A DNA stretch of 64,000 bases, taken from assembly GCA_964016885.1 (NCBI GenBank), contig OZ024741.1, positions 401,822,001 through 401,886,000 on the forward strand. The letters are read 5' to 3'. The notes under the pieces were generated by a model. The model ran no database searches. It saw nothing but the letters and a program-made list of their open reading frames with translations, and was not told where the DNA came from. The DNA comes from Eledone cirrhosa (Eukaryota). This document shows positions 51,701-59,083 of this stretch, one piece after another; position 1 is the first letter of the stretch; each line of letters starts with the position of its first letter. The position numbers were made by a program, and so were the translations under genes.

Positions 51701-54700
51701 TAAAAGAATATGTCCAATACCTGCGTGTAGTGAGGTTAGTCTGAAATATTTCTAAAATACATGGGTTGTCTGAAAAGTTTATAGGTCATCACTCTTTCAT
51801 AGACTAACCAAGATACTCTCCTGAAATGATCAAATGAGGTTTATTTTTCGACATTGTCTATGGAAAGAAACAATGCAATTATTAATAAAAATTGGTATAT
51901 ACAAGATTGCACAGCTCTAGCATCATTCCTTCATAGACTGACCAAGACACTCTCATTGAAGGGGCTGCTATCTTTTCTGTTACCTAGTTTAATACAACCC
52001 TTTTTGCTATTTTCACAGAGTCCCCTCTATTGTGAGCTGTCAAACCAGGTCACACCTCCTTCTCAACAGTCTCAGGGCCCCCTTCCTTAACTTATTACCT
52101 AGTTTAATATCACTACCTGGCTTTTAGCTACTTTTACAGAGTCTACACTACTGTGAGCTCTCCAGCCAGGTCTCATGGAGGGCCTTCTTCATTCTAATTA
52201 TGTTCTAGTCTTTGGTAAGAAGATTAAAACAAAAACATATAAAATGTGATTCCTTCACCTTTTAGTTACCAACCAGGCGAAAAACAGGCTCTGGTTCTAT
52301 AAAATAAATCACCCATTTTAAAGGTTTCCAATTTAAATCAAAATCTTTCAACATAATTTTATATATATTATATATTAAGTTACTATCTTGATAATGAAAT
52401 AATAAATAATTTTAGTAAATTGCTCAGAATACTTGAGTAATTGATTAAAATAGAGAGTATTTCATTAGAAATGTGGTCATGAAAGGGGAAATTATTGTTT
52501 CACTGCAATTAATTCATTATTGTATACCATGGATATGTAAATAAATTCATTTGTTAAACATATTTGAACATAATTAGAACATAACACCTCCCTACTCACC
52601 ACCACCGACATGGAGTTGGCTACCCACAGGTGTGAACATCTCAATCTGGGACGGCTCTCCCAACACATTTCCCTCACTATACTCAGGGAAATGCCTTCTC
52701 TATTTGGTCTGCCGGGGCTGCGAGGCTACCAGCCCATAGACTTCCATAATAGTGAGAGATGGGGAGAGCAGGAGGCAATGACAGTTGGACCTGGTCTATA
52801 TGTATATATTTATTTACCACACCATAGCTGTATATTATAACATAATTATAACATAACTATATCATGTCTATACCATAAGTGTACCATAACAATATCATAA
52901 CTATGACATAACTGACATAACTATTCAAAACTATACCATAACTATGTCATAACTATGATTTAACTATATCATAACTATGATTTAACTATAACATAACTAT
53001 AACATAACTATATCATAACTATAACATAACTATATCATAACTATAGCATAACTATAGCATAACTATATCATAACTATAACATAACTATATCATAACTATA
53101 ACATAACTATATCATAACTATATCATAACTATAGCATAACTATATCATAACTATATCATAACTATAACATAACTATAACATAACTATATCATAACTATAG
53201 CATAACTATATCATAACTATAGCATAACTATATCATAACTATAGCATAACTATAGCATAACTATAGCATAACTATATCATAACTATAGCATAACTATATC
53301 ATAACTATAGCATAACTATATCATAACTATAGCATAACTATATCATAACTATAGCATAACTATATCATAACTATAGCATAACTATATCATAACTATAGCA
53401 TAACTATATCATAACTATAGCATAACTATATCATAACTATAGCATAACTATAGCATAACTATAGCATAACTATAGCATAACTATAGCATAACTATATCAT
53501 AACTATAGCATAACTATAGCATAACTATATCATAACTATAGCATAACTATATCATAACTATAGCATAACTATAGCATAACTATATCATAACTATAGCATA
53601 ACTATATCATAACTATAGCATAACTATAGCATAACTATATCATAACTATATCATAACTATAGCATAACTATATCATAACTATAGCATAACTATATCATAA
53701 CTATATCATAACTATATCATAACTATAGCATAACTATATCATAACTATAGCATAACTATATCATAACTATAGCATAACTATAGCATAACTATATCATAAC
53801 TATAGCATAACTATATCATAACTATAGCATAACTATATCATAACTATATCATAACTATATCATAACTATATCATAACTATATCATAACTATAGCATAACT
53901 ATAGCATAACTATATCATAACTATAACATAACTATATCATAACTATAGCATAACTATATCATAACTATATCATAACTATAGCATAACTATATCATAACTA
54001 TATCATAACTATAGCATAACTATATCATAACTATAGCATAACTATAGCATAACTATAGCATAACTATAGCATAACTATATCATAACTATATCATAACTAT
54101 AGCATAACTATATCATAACTATAGCATAACTATATCATAACTATAGCATAACTATAACATAACTATAGCATAACTATAGCATAACTATATCATAACTATA
54201 TCATAACTATAGCATAACTATATCATAACTATAGCATAACTATAGCATAACTATAGCATAACTATATCATAACTATAGCATAACTATAACATAACTATAG
54301 CATAACTATATCATAACTATAGCATAACTATATCATAACTATATCATAACTATAGCATAACTATATCATAACTATAGCATAACTATAGCATAACTATATC
54401 ATAACTATAGCATAACTATATCATAACTATAGCATAACTATAACATAACTATATCATAACTATAGCATAACTATATCATAACTATAGCATAACTATAACA
54501 TAACTATAGCATAACTATAGCATAACTATATCATAACTATATCATAACTATAGCATAACTATAGCATAACTATATCATAACTATAGCATAACTATAGCAT
54601 AACTATAGCATAACTATATCATAACTATATCATAACTATAGCATAACTATATCATAACTATATCATAACTATAGCATAACTATATCATAACTATAGCATA

Positions 54701-57700
54701 ACTATAACATAACTATAGCATAACTATAGCATAACTATAGCATAACTATATCATAACTATAACATAACTATATCATAACTATATCATAACTATATCATAA
54801 CTATAGCATAACTATATCATAACTATAGCATAACTATATCATAACTATAGCATAACTATAGCATAACTATATCATAACTATATCATAACTATAGCATAAC
54901 TATATCATAACTATAGCATAACTATAGCATAACTATAGCATAACTATATCATAACTATATCATAACTATAGCATAACTATAGCATAACTATAACATAACT
55001 ATATCATAACTATAGCATAACTATAGCATAACTATAGCATAACTATAGCATAACTATATCATAACTATAGCATAACTATATCATAACTATAGCATAACTA
55101 TAACATAACTATAGCATAACTATAGCATAACTATAGCATAACTATATCATAACTATAACATAACTATATCATAACTATATCATAACTATAGCATAACTAT
55201 AGCATAACTATATCATAACTATAGCATAACTATATCATAACTATAGCATAACTATAGCATAACTATATCATAACTATATCATAACTATAGCATAACTATA
55301 TCATAACTATAGCATAACTATAGCATAACTATAGCATAACTATATCATAACTATATCATAACTATAGCATAACTATAGCATAACTATATCATAACTATAA
55401 CATAACTATATCATAACTATAGCATAACTATAGCATAACTATAGCATAACTATAGCATAACTATATCATAACTATATCATAACTATATCATAATGTTGAG
55501 CCACAATTTTAGTAACGTGTGAAATATACTTAAAACTTCTCTCATCACTTTTAATTTATCTGCCAAGGTTCTCATTTCATTTTTCATTTTTATAGGGAGA
55601 GAAACTTATTTATGAGAAAGATAACTGCTGCCCCAAGTGTAAACATATGGCAGGTATGTTTTATGGTTAATTGTTTTTTATGTTTAAAATAGTTTTCAAT
55701 TGGTGAATTAACAAAACATGATAACTGGCCAACTAAATACCTGACAGGATTTAGTTTCATTCTAGATTCTGTGTTTAAATCCCTCCTCCTTCTTCTTCTT
55801 CTTCTTCTCCTCCTTCTCCTTCTTCTACTTGAGAGAACCAGGGGGGGGGGGGGGGGCGCAGAATCCTCAAACACTCCTTCCAGCAGGTCCTGTCAGAAGC
55901 AACCATCTCCAATTGATCCTGCTGGATCCCCAAGGGAGACCAGCCAAGCTCATGGATGTTATCCAACCATCTTGCTCATAGTCTCCTGCCAGTAAAATCT
56001 GTCCAGCAATTCTTTCCTCAGACATTCTAACCACATGTCCACAGTGTCGGTGCTGTGATCTCTCAATTCGGAGAAGTAGTGGCTCTACCAGGAGTGGCTC
56101 TCTGATCTACGAGTAACTTTACTCCAAAGACCCTTCGGAGGAATCCCATTTCAGTCACTTTATTCATGATCATATTCTTTCAGTCATTACCCAAGATTCA
56201 TTCCCATAGGTAAGGGCACAAATACCAAATGGAAAATAGTAAGTTTGGCTTTTACCCCTACCTCTCTTTTGATTAACGAGTACAGATGATGGCCCATTAC
56301 TGCACCAGCTCCTGCAATTTCTGTACTTAATTCACAATATTTAAATTCCATGAAAATTAAATTCAATGCTATAGTGATCTTGTAATTTATTCCAGAGGAC
56401 ACATGTGGCCTCCAAAAAGTCTGGGATTATTTGACAGATGCCACAAAAACTTGCCAATCAGTGAATAAACTACATCTAACATTTTGTAATGGTGGCTGTG
56501 GAGAAACAGCATCTCACCCCATCTTATCAAATCATTCAAATGGAACAAGTTTGAACTATTGTTTTTGCTGTGAAGGAAGCATTGCTAAAGTCCATGAAAT
56601 AATTGTCCAGTGTATAGGAGAAGAACAGAAACGGACAATGTTTTATCCAGAATTCTTGCATTGCAAATGTACCAAATGCAAAAAAGGTAAGAATAATTGT
56701 TTCTACTTTTGGCACAAGGCCAGCAATTATCCCAGTGAATTACTGATACTTTATTTTATCGACCCCGTAAGGATGAAAGGCAAAGTTAACCTCGGCAGGA
56801 TTTTAATTCAAACCGTAAAGGGTCGTAACTCTATGCTGCAAAGCATGGCGTCCAACCCTCTACTGATACTGCCAATCCACCACCCTTGGGATAAGAATAT
56901 TATATTTATTTCTGCAAACAAAACATGCTGATTTCTTGGACCTTTAAGTGCTGAGAATATATGAGAGTAGGCTGAAATGTTCATAGGTTGACTATGAAGG
57001 AGTGATGCTAGAGCTGTGAAATTGTGCTTGCATTAATTTCAACTCCACTTATTAATAACTGCATTGTTTCTTTGTAAGGACTTTGTTGAAAAATAAGCCT
57101 CATTTGGTCATTCCATGAGAGCCACAAATACTAAACCAGTTAGAATGAATATGACTATAAATAAAGACATAGTTAATAGAGGTGTATATGAAAGTAGACG
57201 GTATTATCATCATCATCATCATCACCATCACCGTTTTACGTCCGTTCTTCCACGCTAGCATGGGTTAGACGGGTTGTCCTGTTGTGGGCAGTGTCTGGTC
57301 GGCTGACCATGCCTTGCTCATACAGGAACTGATTTGGCTTGATTTCTACAGCTGGATGCCCTTCCTAACACCAATATATTTATATATCATAACCATAAGT
57401 CTCACTATAAATAGTGTAAGTTGTGATCATGTTACTGAGATAGCTGTGACATGATCACACATAGTAAGACTTATTTGTTTATATACTTCTCATATATACC
57501 ACTATTATGAATCTTGTGATAGTGTTACTGATAAAGATATTATTGTCTATTTTAATGTTGAGCTCCACATACCATAATGTCTAAGATGCTTGATGTAACA
57601 TTAAATGTCATCAGTTTCATTCCTAGATAGCCTACTGCATTGTGTCCTTGAGCAAAACCTTTATTTCACGTTGCTCCAGTATACTCAGTTGACAGTGAGT

Positions 57701-58140
57701 CCCAACAGTAGCTAGAGAGTTAATCCTGTGATAGACTGGTGTCCTGTCCAGGGAGAGTCTTGTACTCTCAGTTGCTTAACTCCAAGGAAATTGAGGATAA
57801 GCTCCAGCAATAGCTAGAGAGTTAATCCTGTGATAGACTAGCATCCTTTCCAGGGAGACTCTTGTACTCTCAGTTGCTTAACACCAAGAAAACTGGAGAT
57901 AAGCTCCAACAGTAGCTAGAGAGTTAATCCTGCAATAGACTGGCATCCTGTCCAGGGAGACTCTTGTACTCTCAGTTGCTTAACACCAAGGCTTAGAACA
58001 GACTTTAACTAACTATTTAATGTGTGTTTATAAAATTTCTGAAAAAATGTTTTCTAATTTTCATATGATGATGATGATGATGTTATTGATAATGAATTGT
58101 TTTTTATATTACAGAGAATTCACCCTTCATTCATGTATAG
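19959..58140 (+). CDS. SSPO: 3' portion (13 exons, ~590 aa) of an SCO-spondin-like secreted protein: TSP1/TIL/VWC repeats ending in a C-terminal cystine knot (CTCK); 5' exons lie upstream of the window
   Basis: Manually spliced exons: 19959-20117, 27939-28106, 35528-35771, 36534-36580, 41066-41141, 43504-43653, 46594-46643, 46863-47030, 50009-50241, 51633-51734, 55596-55653, 56396-56686, 58115-58140. All have AG acceptors and (except the last) GT donors, phases match, and there is no internal stop in 1772 nt. The symbol is tentative and rests on domain architecture only; orthology is untested. Confidence 0.85.
20770..24169 (-). pseudogene. Tx1-type LINE ORF2 (APE-RT-zinc finger), disrupted
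   Basis: Starts [14 protein letters not shown] at 24169. There is a frameshift before 23916, in-frame TGA stops at 23137 and 21544, YADE in place of YADD, and a further frameshift near the C-terminus. Confidence 0.9.
24664..25902 (-). CDS. Tx1-type LINE ORF1 (gag-like nucleic-acid chaperone with zinc knuckle [14 protein letters not shown], Pro/Gln/Thr-rich tail)
   Basis: 412-aa track ORF directly upstream of ORF2; homologous to copy B ORF1. Confidence 0.8.
   Translation of the reverse strand: MIQKLEAQYSKSSLLTSAKETWNTELKEKFVKMGENPESHINVDKNNNDNNSTTNNSNSHNTNQGKNNDNTKQSEPTTGASFAQAVRKTQTCKQLDITTLREKMKEAKQYVTFKEGGDFTITSPQEIKRDTTLRTISFRTISNITRKPAQLSQKENELVLKNVWSDISFIQKGPLYGNITVLMKDQLTARKYSVSPIVSKLHTFFPTYLGKRTQKIRVSGIRPNACISWVLTGFLEDEDGILSVGEVTTDVFDGLSVEVLVQMRPEQIARIPQRVSLDGETFIYISAEGRRPICYYCSRRGHLRAACPQLTKKKALLPRPHTPPPPPPPPPPPPPLPPPQQQKQQQQKQHGKITQDTVPPKTTPKTHTNTTKPQNTPLPDITDEDPAETAPSDKEGEPFQPVKRKKKNTTRT
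26192..27183 (+). mobile_element. 5'-truncated RTE-clade LINE (RT thumb/C-terminus plus 3'UTR plus (GAT)n tail)
   Basis: ORF 26210-26788 with [23 protein letters not shown] and GRPRKTW; ends in GACGTTAAACGTT(GAT)n. Confidence 0.93.
27939..28106 (+). CDS. Exon B: divergent TSP1 repeat ([48 protein letters not shown])
   Basis: ccactaag| acceptor after a pyrimidine tract, |gtaagt donor, WxxWxxWxxC and RxRxC motifs, phase 1-1, 168 bp. Confidence 0.9.
28168..28334 (+). mobile_element. tRNA-derived SINE (family 2)
   Basis: A box TGGCTTAGTGG, B box GTTCAATTC, core CCTTGAGCAAGACACTTTATTTCAC; other copies at 33677-33770, 45910-46030(-), 49750-49927(-) and 57640-57700. Confidence 0.8.
28580..33680 (+). 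mobile_element. Decayed, 3'-truncated Tx1/L1-clade LINE (copy B), related to copy A and oppositely oriented
   Basis: ORF1 fragments at 28862-30168 ([14 protein letters not shown]). ORF2 starts at 30504 ([14 protein letters not shown]) and is broken into many frames (30661-31833, 31908-32210, 31952-32674, 32550-33221, 33317-33700). The 5' boundary is approximate. Confidence 0.92.
33771..34173 (+). mobile_element. RTE 3'UTR-type repeat mosaic ending in (GAT)n
   Basis: Duplicated CACCCAGCACTCACTGTAAATGAGGTTGGTGTTAGGAA...CCAGCTGTAGAAATCAAGCC blocks; tail GGAAAAGCGGACGTAAAATGATGATGAT. Confidence 0.75.
34260..35274. repeat. 42-bp minisatellite AACACATCATTCCTAACACTCCA(T/C)GTAGACCAGTTAAGTAAG, ~24 near-identical copies
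   Basis: Direct reading; essentially one T/C variable site. Confidence 0.98.
35337..35466 (-). mobile_element. Short RTE LINE C-terminal fragment
   Basis: Similar to 38697-38830. Confidence 0.7.
35528..35771 (+). CDS. Exon C: TIL domain ([58 protein letters not shown]) plus start of a TILa/VWC-like module
   Basis: tttctag| acceptor, |gtaaat donor, TIL cysteine spacing with CxxGCxC and CV...CPC, phase 1-2. Confidence 0.93.
35797..35970 (-). mobile_element. tRNA-derived SINE (family 1) copy
   Basis: TCGACCCC...ACTGGTACTTTATTTTATC...GGATTTGAACTCAG, as in the other copies. Confidence 0.75.
36534..36580 (+). CDS. Exon D: small exon completing the VWC/TILa-like module ([16 protein letters not shown])
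   Basis: ttaacag| acceptor, |gtaagg donor. Phase 2-1 bridges exons C and E exactly and restores the CxxCxCxxGxxxC motif. Confidence 0.85.
36639..37576 (-). mobile_element. Internally deleted mariner (Tc1/mariner) DNA transposon with TIRs and TA target duplication
   Basis: Ends TA|CGAGGTGGTTTCAAAATGTTCCTGAACTAGT ... ACTAGTCTGGAAACTTTTTGATACCACCTCG|TA. Transposase remnants on - include [30 protein letters not shown] and LHDNNVPCH. Internal ~30-bp tandem at 37382-37510. Confidence 0.9.
37996..38303. repeat. 29-bp minisatellite CACCTCCAAAGTGAAACTGGTGTAATAT(C/T), ~10 copies
   Basis: Direct reading. Confidence 0.95.
38451..40983 (-). mobile_element. 5'-truncated, decayed RTE-clade LINE (end of APE, RT with PHD-type insertion, 3'UTR)
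   Basis: ORF fragments [41 protein letters not shown] and [11 protein letters not shown]. Confidence 0.93.
41066..41141 (+). CDS. Exon E: N-terminal half of a TSP1 repeat ([25 protein letters not shown])
   Basis: ttgtag| acceptor, |gtaaat donor, canonical [15 protein letters not shown] motif, phase 1-2. Confidence 0.92.
41220..41590. repeat. (CT)n microsatellite region
   Basis: Direct reading. Confidence 0.95.
42590..42925 (-). mobile_element. Two adjacent family-1 tRNA-derived SINE copies (one full, one 5'-truncated)
   Basis: Reverse complement of GGCGGTGGACTGGCAGTATCGGTAGAGG (A box)...GAGTTCAAATCC (B box)...GGCCTTGTGCC with (ATT)n tails. Confidence 0.85.
42926..43128 (-). mobile_element. 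CR1-clade LINE 3' end fragment
   Basis: [17 protein letters not shown] coding end plus 3'UTR GCACCTTTGATGAG..GTAGTGCACCTGAGCACTGTACACAATAATTTTCATT. Confidence 0.75.
43300..43490. repeat. 41-bp AT-rich minisatellite (~4.5 copies) immediately upstream of the exon F acceptor
   Basis: TATTTCTTTTGATATAAATTATTTCTAAATGTTTGTTTAAA at 43321, 43362, 43403 and 43444. Confidence 0.9.
43504..43653 (+). CDS. Exon F: C-terminal half of TSP1 plus start of a VWC-like module ([49 protein letters not shown])
   Basis: ctaacag| acceptor, |gtaata donor, phase 2-2, 150 bp. Confidence 0.88.
43912..44411 (+). mobile_element. RTE LINE 3' fragment (distinct subfamily, very short 3'UTR)
   Basis: [30 protein letters not shown]; tail GGAAAAGCGGACGATAAATGATGATG. 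Confidence 0.9.
44412..44552. repeat. (TA)n microsatellite (further runs at 45412-45452 and 45652-45731)
   Basis: Direct reading. Confidence 0.95.
44553..45410 (-). mobile_element. RTE LINE 3' fragment, same subfamily as 26192-27183
   Basis: ORF 44914-45339 closely matches ORF 26210-26788; shared 3'UTR. Confidence 0.92.
46126..46430 (-). mobile_element. CR1-clade LINE 3' end
   Basis: [48 protein letters not shown], the typical TRGH..K...R..FF..RV...WN.LP..VV CR1 C-terminus. Confidence 0.85.
46594..46643 (+). CDS. Exon G: end of the VWC-like module ([17 protein letters not shown])
   Basis: cctccag| acceptor, |gtaagg donor, phase 2-1, completes CxxCxC. Confidence 0.85.
46863..47030 (+). CDS. 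Exon H: TSP1 repeat ([49 protein letters not shown])
   Basis: attccag| acceptor, |gtaagt donor, classic TSP1 with RxRxCxNPPP, phase 1-1, 168 bp. Confidence 0.95.
47667..47886 (-). mobile_element. Family-1 SINE copy (another deleted copy at 47296-47450)
   Basis: Same SINE motifs as 42590-42810. Confidence 0.8.
47983..48157. mobile_element. Intact short TTAA-flanked MITE (piggyBac-type ends)
   Basis: TTAA-TCCTTTAGCATTTA ... TAAATGCTAAAGGG-TTAA; the body matches 20151-20270 plus one 72-bp-type unit. Confidence 0.8.
48306..48683 (+). mobile_element. CR1-clade LINE 3' end
   Basis: [14 protein letters not shown]...[23 protein letters not shown] plus 3'UTR and (ATT)n tail. Confidence 0.85.
48688..48882 (+). 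mobile_element. Family-1 tRNA-derived SINE, full length
   Basis: GGGCGGTGAATTGGCAGTATCGGTAGAGGGTCG (A box)...GAGGTCAAATCC (B-box-like)...GCCTTGTGCCAAAAGTAGAAAC(ATT)n. Confidence 0.88.
49436..49718 (+). mobile_element. RTE 3'UTR fragment with (GAT)n tail, embedded in a family-2 SINE (-) spanning ~49064-49927
   Basis: Matches 26905-27183. The flanking CAAGGGAAAGG..ATACAGCTTGGCA segments belong to the SINE on the - strand. Confidence 0.7.
50009..50241 (+). CDS. Exon I: divergent TIL domain plus start of VWC ([22 protein letters not shown]...[37 protein letters not shown])
   Basis: gttccag| acceptor, |gtgaga donor, CxCxxGY...CV motif, phase 1-0; overlaps track ORF 50071-50262. Confidence 0.9.
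50387..50570 (-). mobile_element. Family-1 SINE copy between (GAT/GGT)n microsatellites
   Basis: SINE motifs as above. Confidence 0.8.
50664..51023 (+). mobile_element. Probable non-autonomous Helitron-type element
   Basis: 5' A|TCTATCTATATACTACTATAA and 3' ...GGTGGTCTAG|T; no TSD or TIR. Confidence 0.45.
51036..51566 (-). mobile_element. Probable non-autonomous Helitron-type element, tail-to-tail with the previous one
   Basis: On -: A|TCTAAACTATAATAAAG ... subterminal hairpin (AGCAGAAAAACCACC-CTTCC-GGTGGTTTTCTGCT on +) ... CTAG|T. Confidence 0.5.
51633..51734 (+). CDS. Exon J: VWC core ([34 protein letters not shown])
   Basis: ttttgcag| acceptor, |gttagt donor, GxxW...CxxCxC...C motif, phase 0-0. 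Confidence 0.92.
52840..55493. repeat. 11-bp satellite CATAACTATA(G/T/A), ~240 copies, degenerate at the left edge
   Basis: Direct reading; variation is almost confined to one position. Confidence 0.98.
55596..55653 (+). CDS. Exon K: VWC end ([19 protein letters not shown])
   Basis: tttatag| acceptor, |gtatgt donor, CCPxC motif, phase 0-1. Confidence 0.92.
55860..56280 (-). mobile_element. Old degenerate RTE (Rex3/Expander-like) 3' fragment; related remnant at ~36080-36200
   Basis: - strand [16 protein letters not shown]...DRTCWKECL resembles RTE ORF C-termini; shared ATCATATTCTTT.AGTCATTACCCAAGATTCA segment. Confidence 0.5.
56396..56686 (+). CDS. Exon L: C-terminal cystine knot (CTCK) domain (TCGL...TCQS...FCNGGC...YCFCCEG...QC...HCKCTKC)
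   Basis: attccag| acceptor, |gtaaga donor, CxGxC / CxCC / CxC cystine-knot pattern, phase 1-1. Confidence 0.93.
56693..56890 (-). mobile_element. Family-1 SINE inserted ~6 nt after the CTCK exon donor
   Basis: AATTGTTTCTACTTTTGGCACAAGGCC...GATACTGCCAATCCACCACCC. Confidence 0.85.
57702..57990 (+). repeat. 102-bp unit x3 derived from a SINE central domain (V-domain-like CCTGTGATAGACTGGCATCCTGTCCAGGG)
   Basis: GCTAGAGAGTTAATCC at 57711, 57813 and 57915; preceded by the SINE core TGTCCTTGAGCAA..TTATTTCACGTTGCTCCAG. Confidence 0.8.
58115..58140 (+). CDS. Terminal coding exon M (ENSPFIHV*)
   Basis: Long T-rich tract followed by acag| acceptor, correct phase 1, TAG at 58138-58140, poly(A) signals shortly after. 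Confidence 0.7.
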
Positions 58141-58221
58141 AGCACAACACTTCATGAAAACCTGTTGATTTTTTTATCCTGATTTGTAATAATTCATTAA
58201 ATTTGATAATTAAAAGAAATT

Positions 58222-58227
58222 AATAAA
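58222..58227 (+). terminator. Candidate polyadenylation signal AATAAA (ATTAAA variants just upstream)
   Basis: AATAAA about 80 nt after the stop, followed by T/GT-rich sequence; the AT-rich context lowers specificity. Confidence 0.5.
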
Positions 58228-58480
58228 GTTTTAATTTCAAATCAATTTTTATATTGTTTGTTTGTGAAATTTGATGATGCTTTCTGAAAATATGAAAACA
58301 ATGATATATAACTGGTCTATATAACCAGATTGAAGCTACAAATTGTGTTGTTAGAATGTGGGGTAGACTACATTTTGGTATTTGTTCTGGTTCTCTGCTT
58401 TCTGATTTCAAATTCTGCCAAGGTCAACTTTACTTTTCATCATTTCAAGGCCATTAAAAAATATCAGTCATGTATTGGTT

Positions 58481-58798
58481 CAATACAGCGTCGTTATTGG
58501 TCAGTCTCTCTGTTATATCTACCTGAGGTAGATTTGATATAGGTACTGACCAGTGGTGAGGCTGTATTGGATCATTACAGCCTCACCACTTGTCAGTCCC
58601 TATATCAAATCTACCTCAGGTAGATGTAACAGAGAGACTGACCAGTAGTGAGGCTGTATTCGATCGTTACCTCAGGTAGACATAACAGAGAGACTGACCA
58701 ATAATGAGGCTGTATTGATCCAATACAGCCTCATTACTGGTCAGTCTCTCTATTACGACTACCTGAGGTAGACCTGATAGAGGGACTGACCAGTAGTG
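58481..58798. repeat. Nested inverted-repeat (foldback) cluster
   Basis: ~88-bp arms around 58571, a second hairpin around 58719, and arms that are themselves palindromic. Confidence 0.9.
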
Positions 58799-58804
58799 GG
58801 GTAG

Positions 58805-59010
58805 TTAAGGACATGAACACAGGCAAAGCAACTGGACCATCAGGAATAGTTGCTGAAATCATCTGGGATGGTGGACTACACTTTAAGCACACATAGTAAA
58901 TCAGATAATACAGGATGGTGCCATACCCAATGATTGGTGTCACAGCCTTATTGTCCACTGCTAAAAGGGTAATGATGATGAAGCTAACAGAGGAATCAAG
59001 TTATTGGACA
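58805..59010 (+). mobile_element. Degenerate internal RTE fragment
   Basis: [18 protein letters not shown]...RGIKLLD, similar to 62795-63025. Confidence 0.7.
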
Positions 59011-59083
59011 TTACATTAGCCACTGAGTTATAACATTTCTTGAGTCACTATAAACTTGTAGGGTGGTGTATTCTCTTAACATT

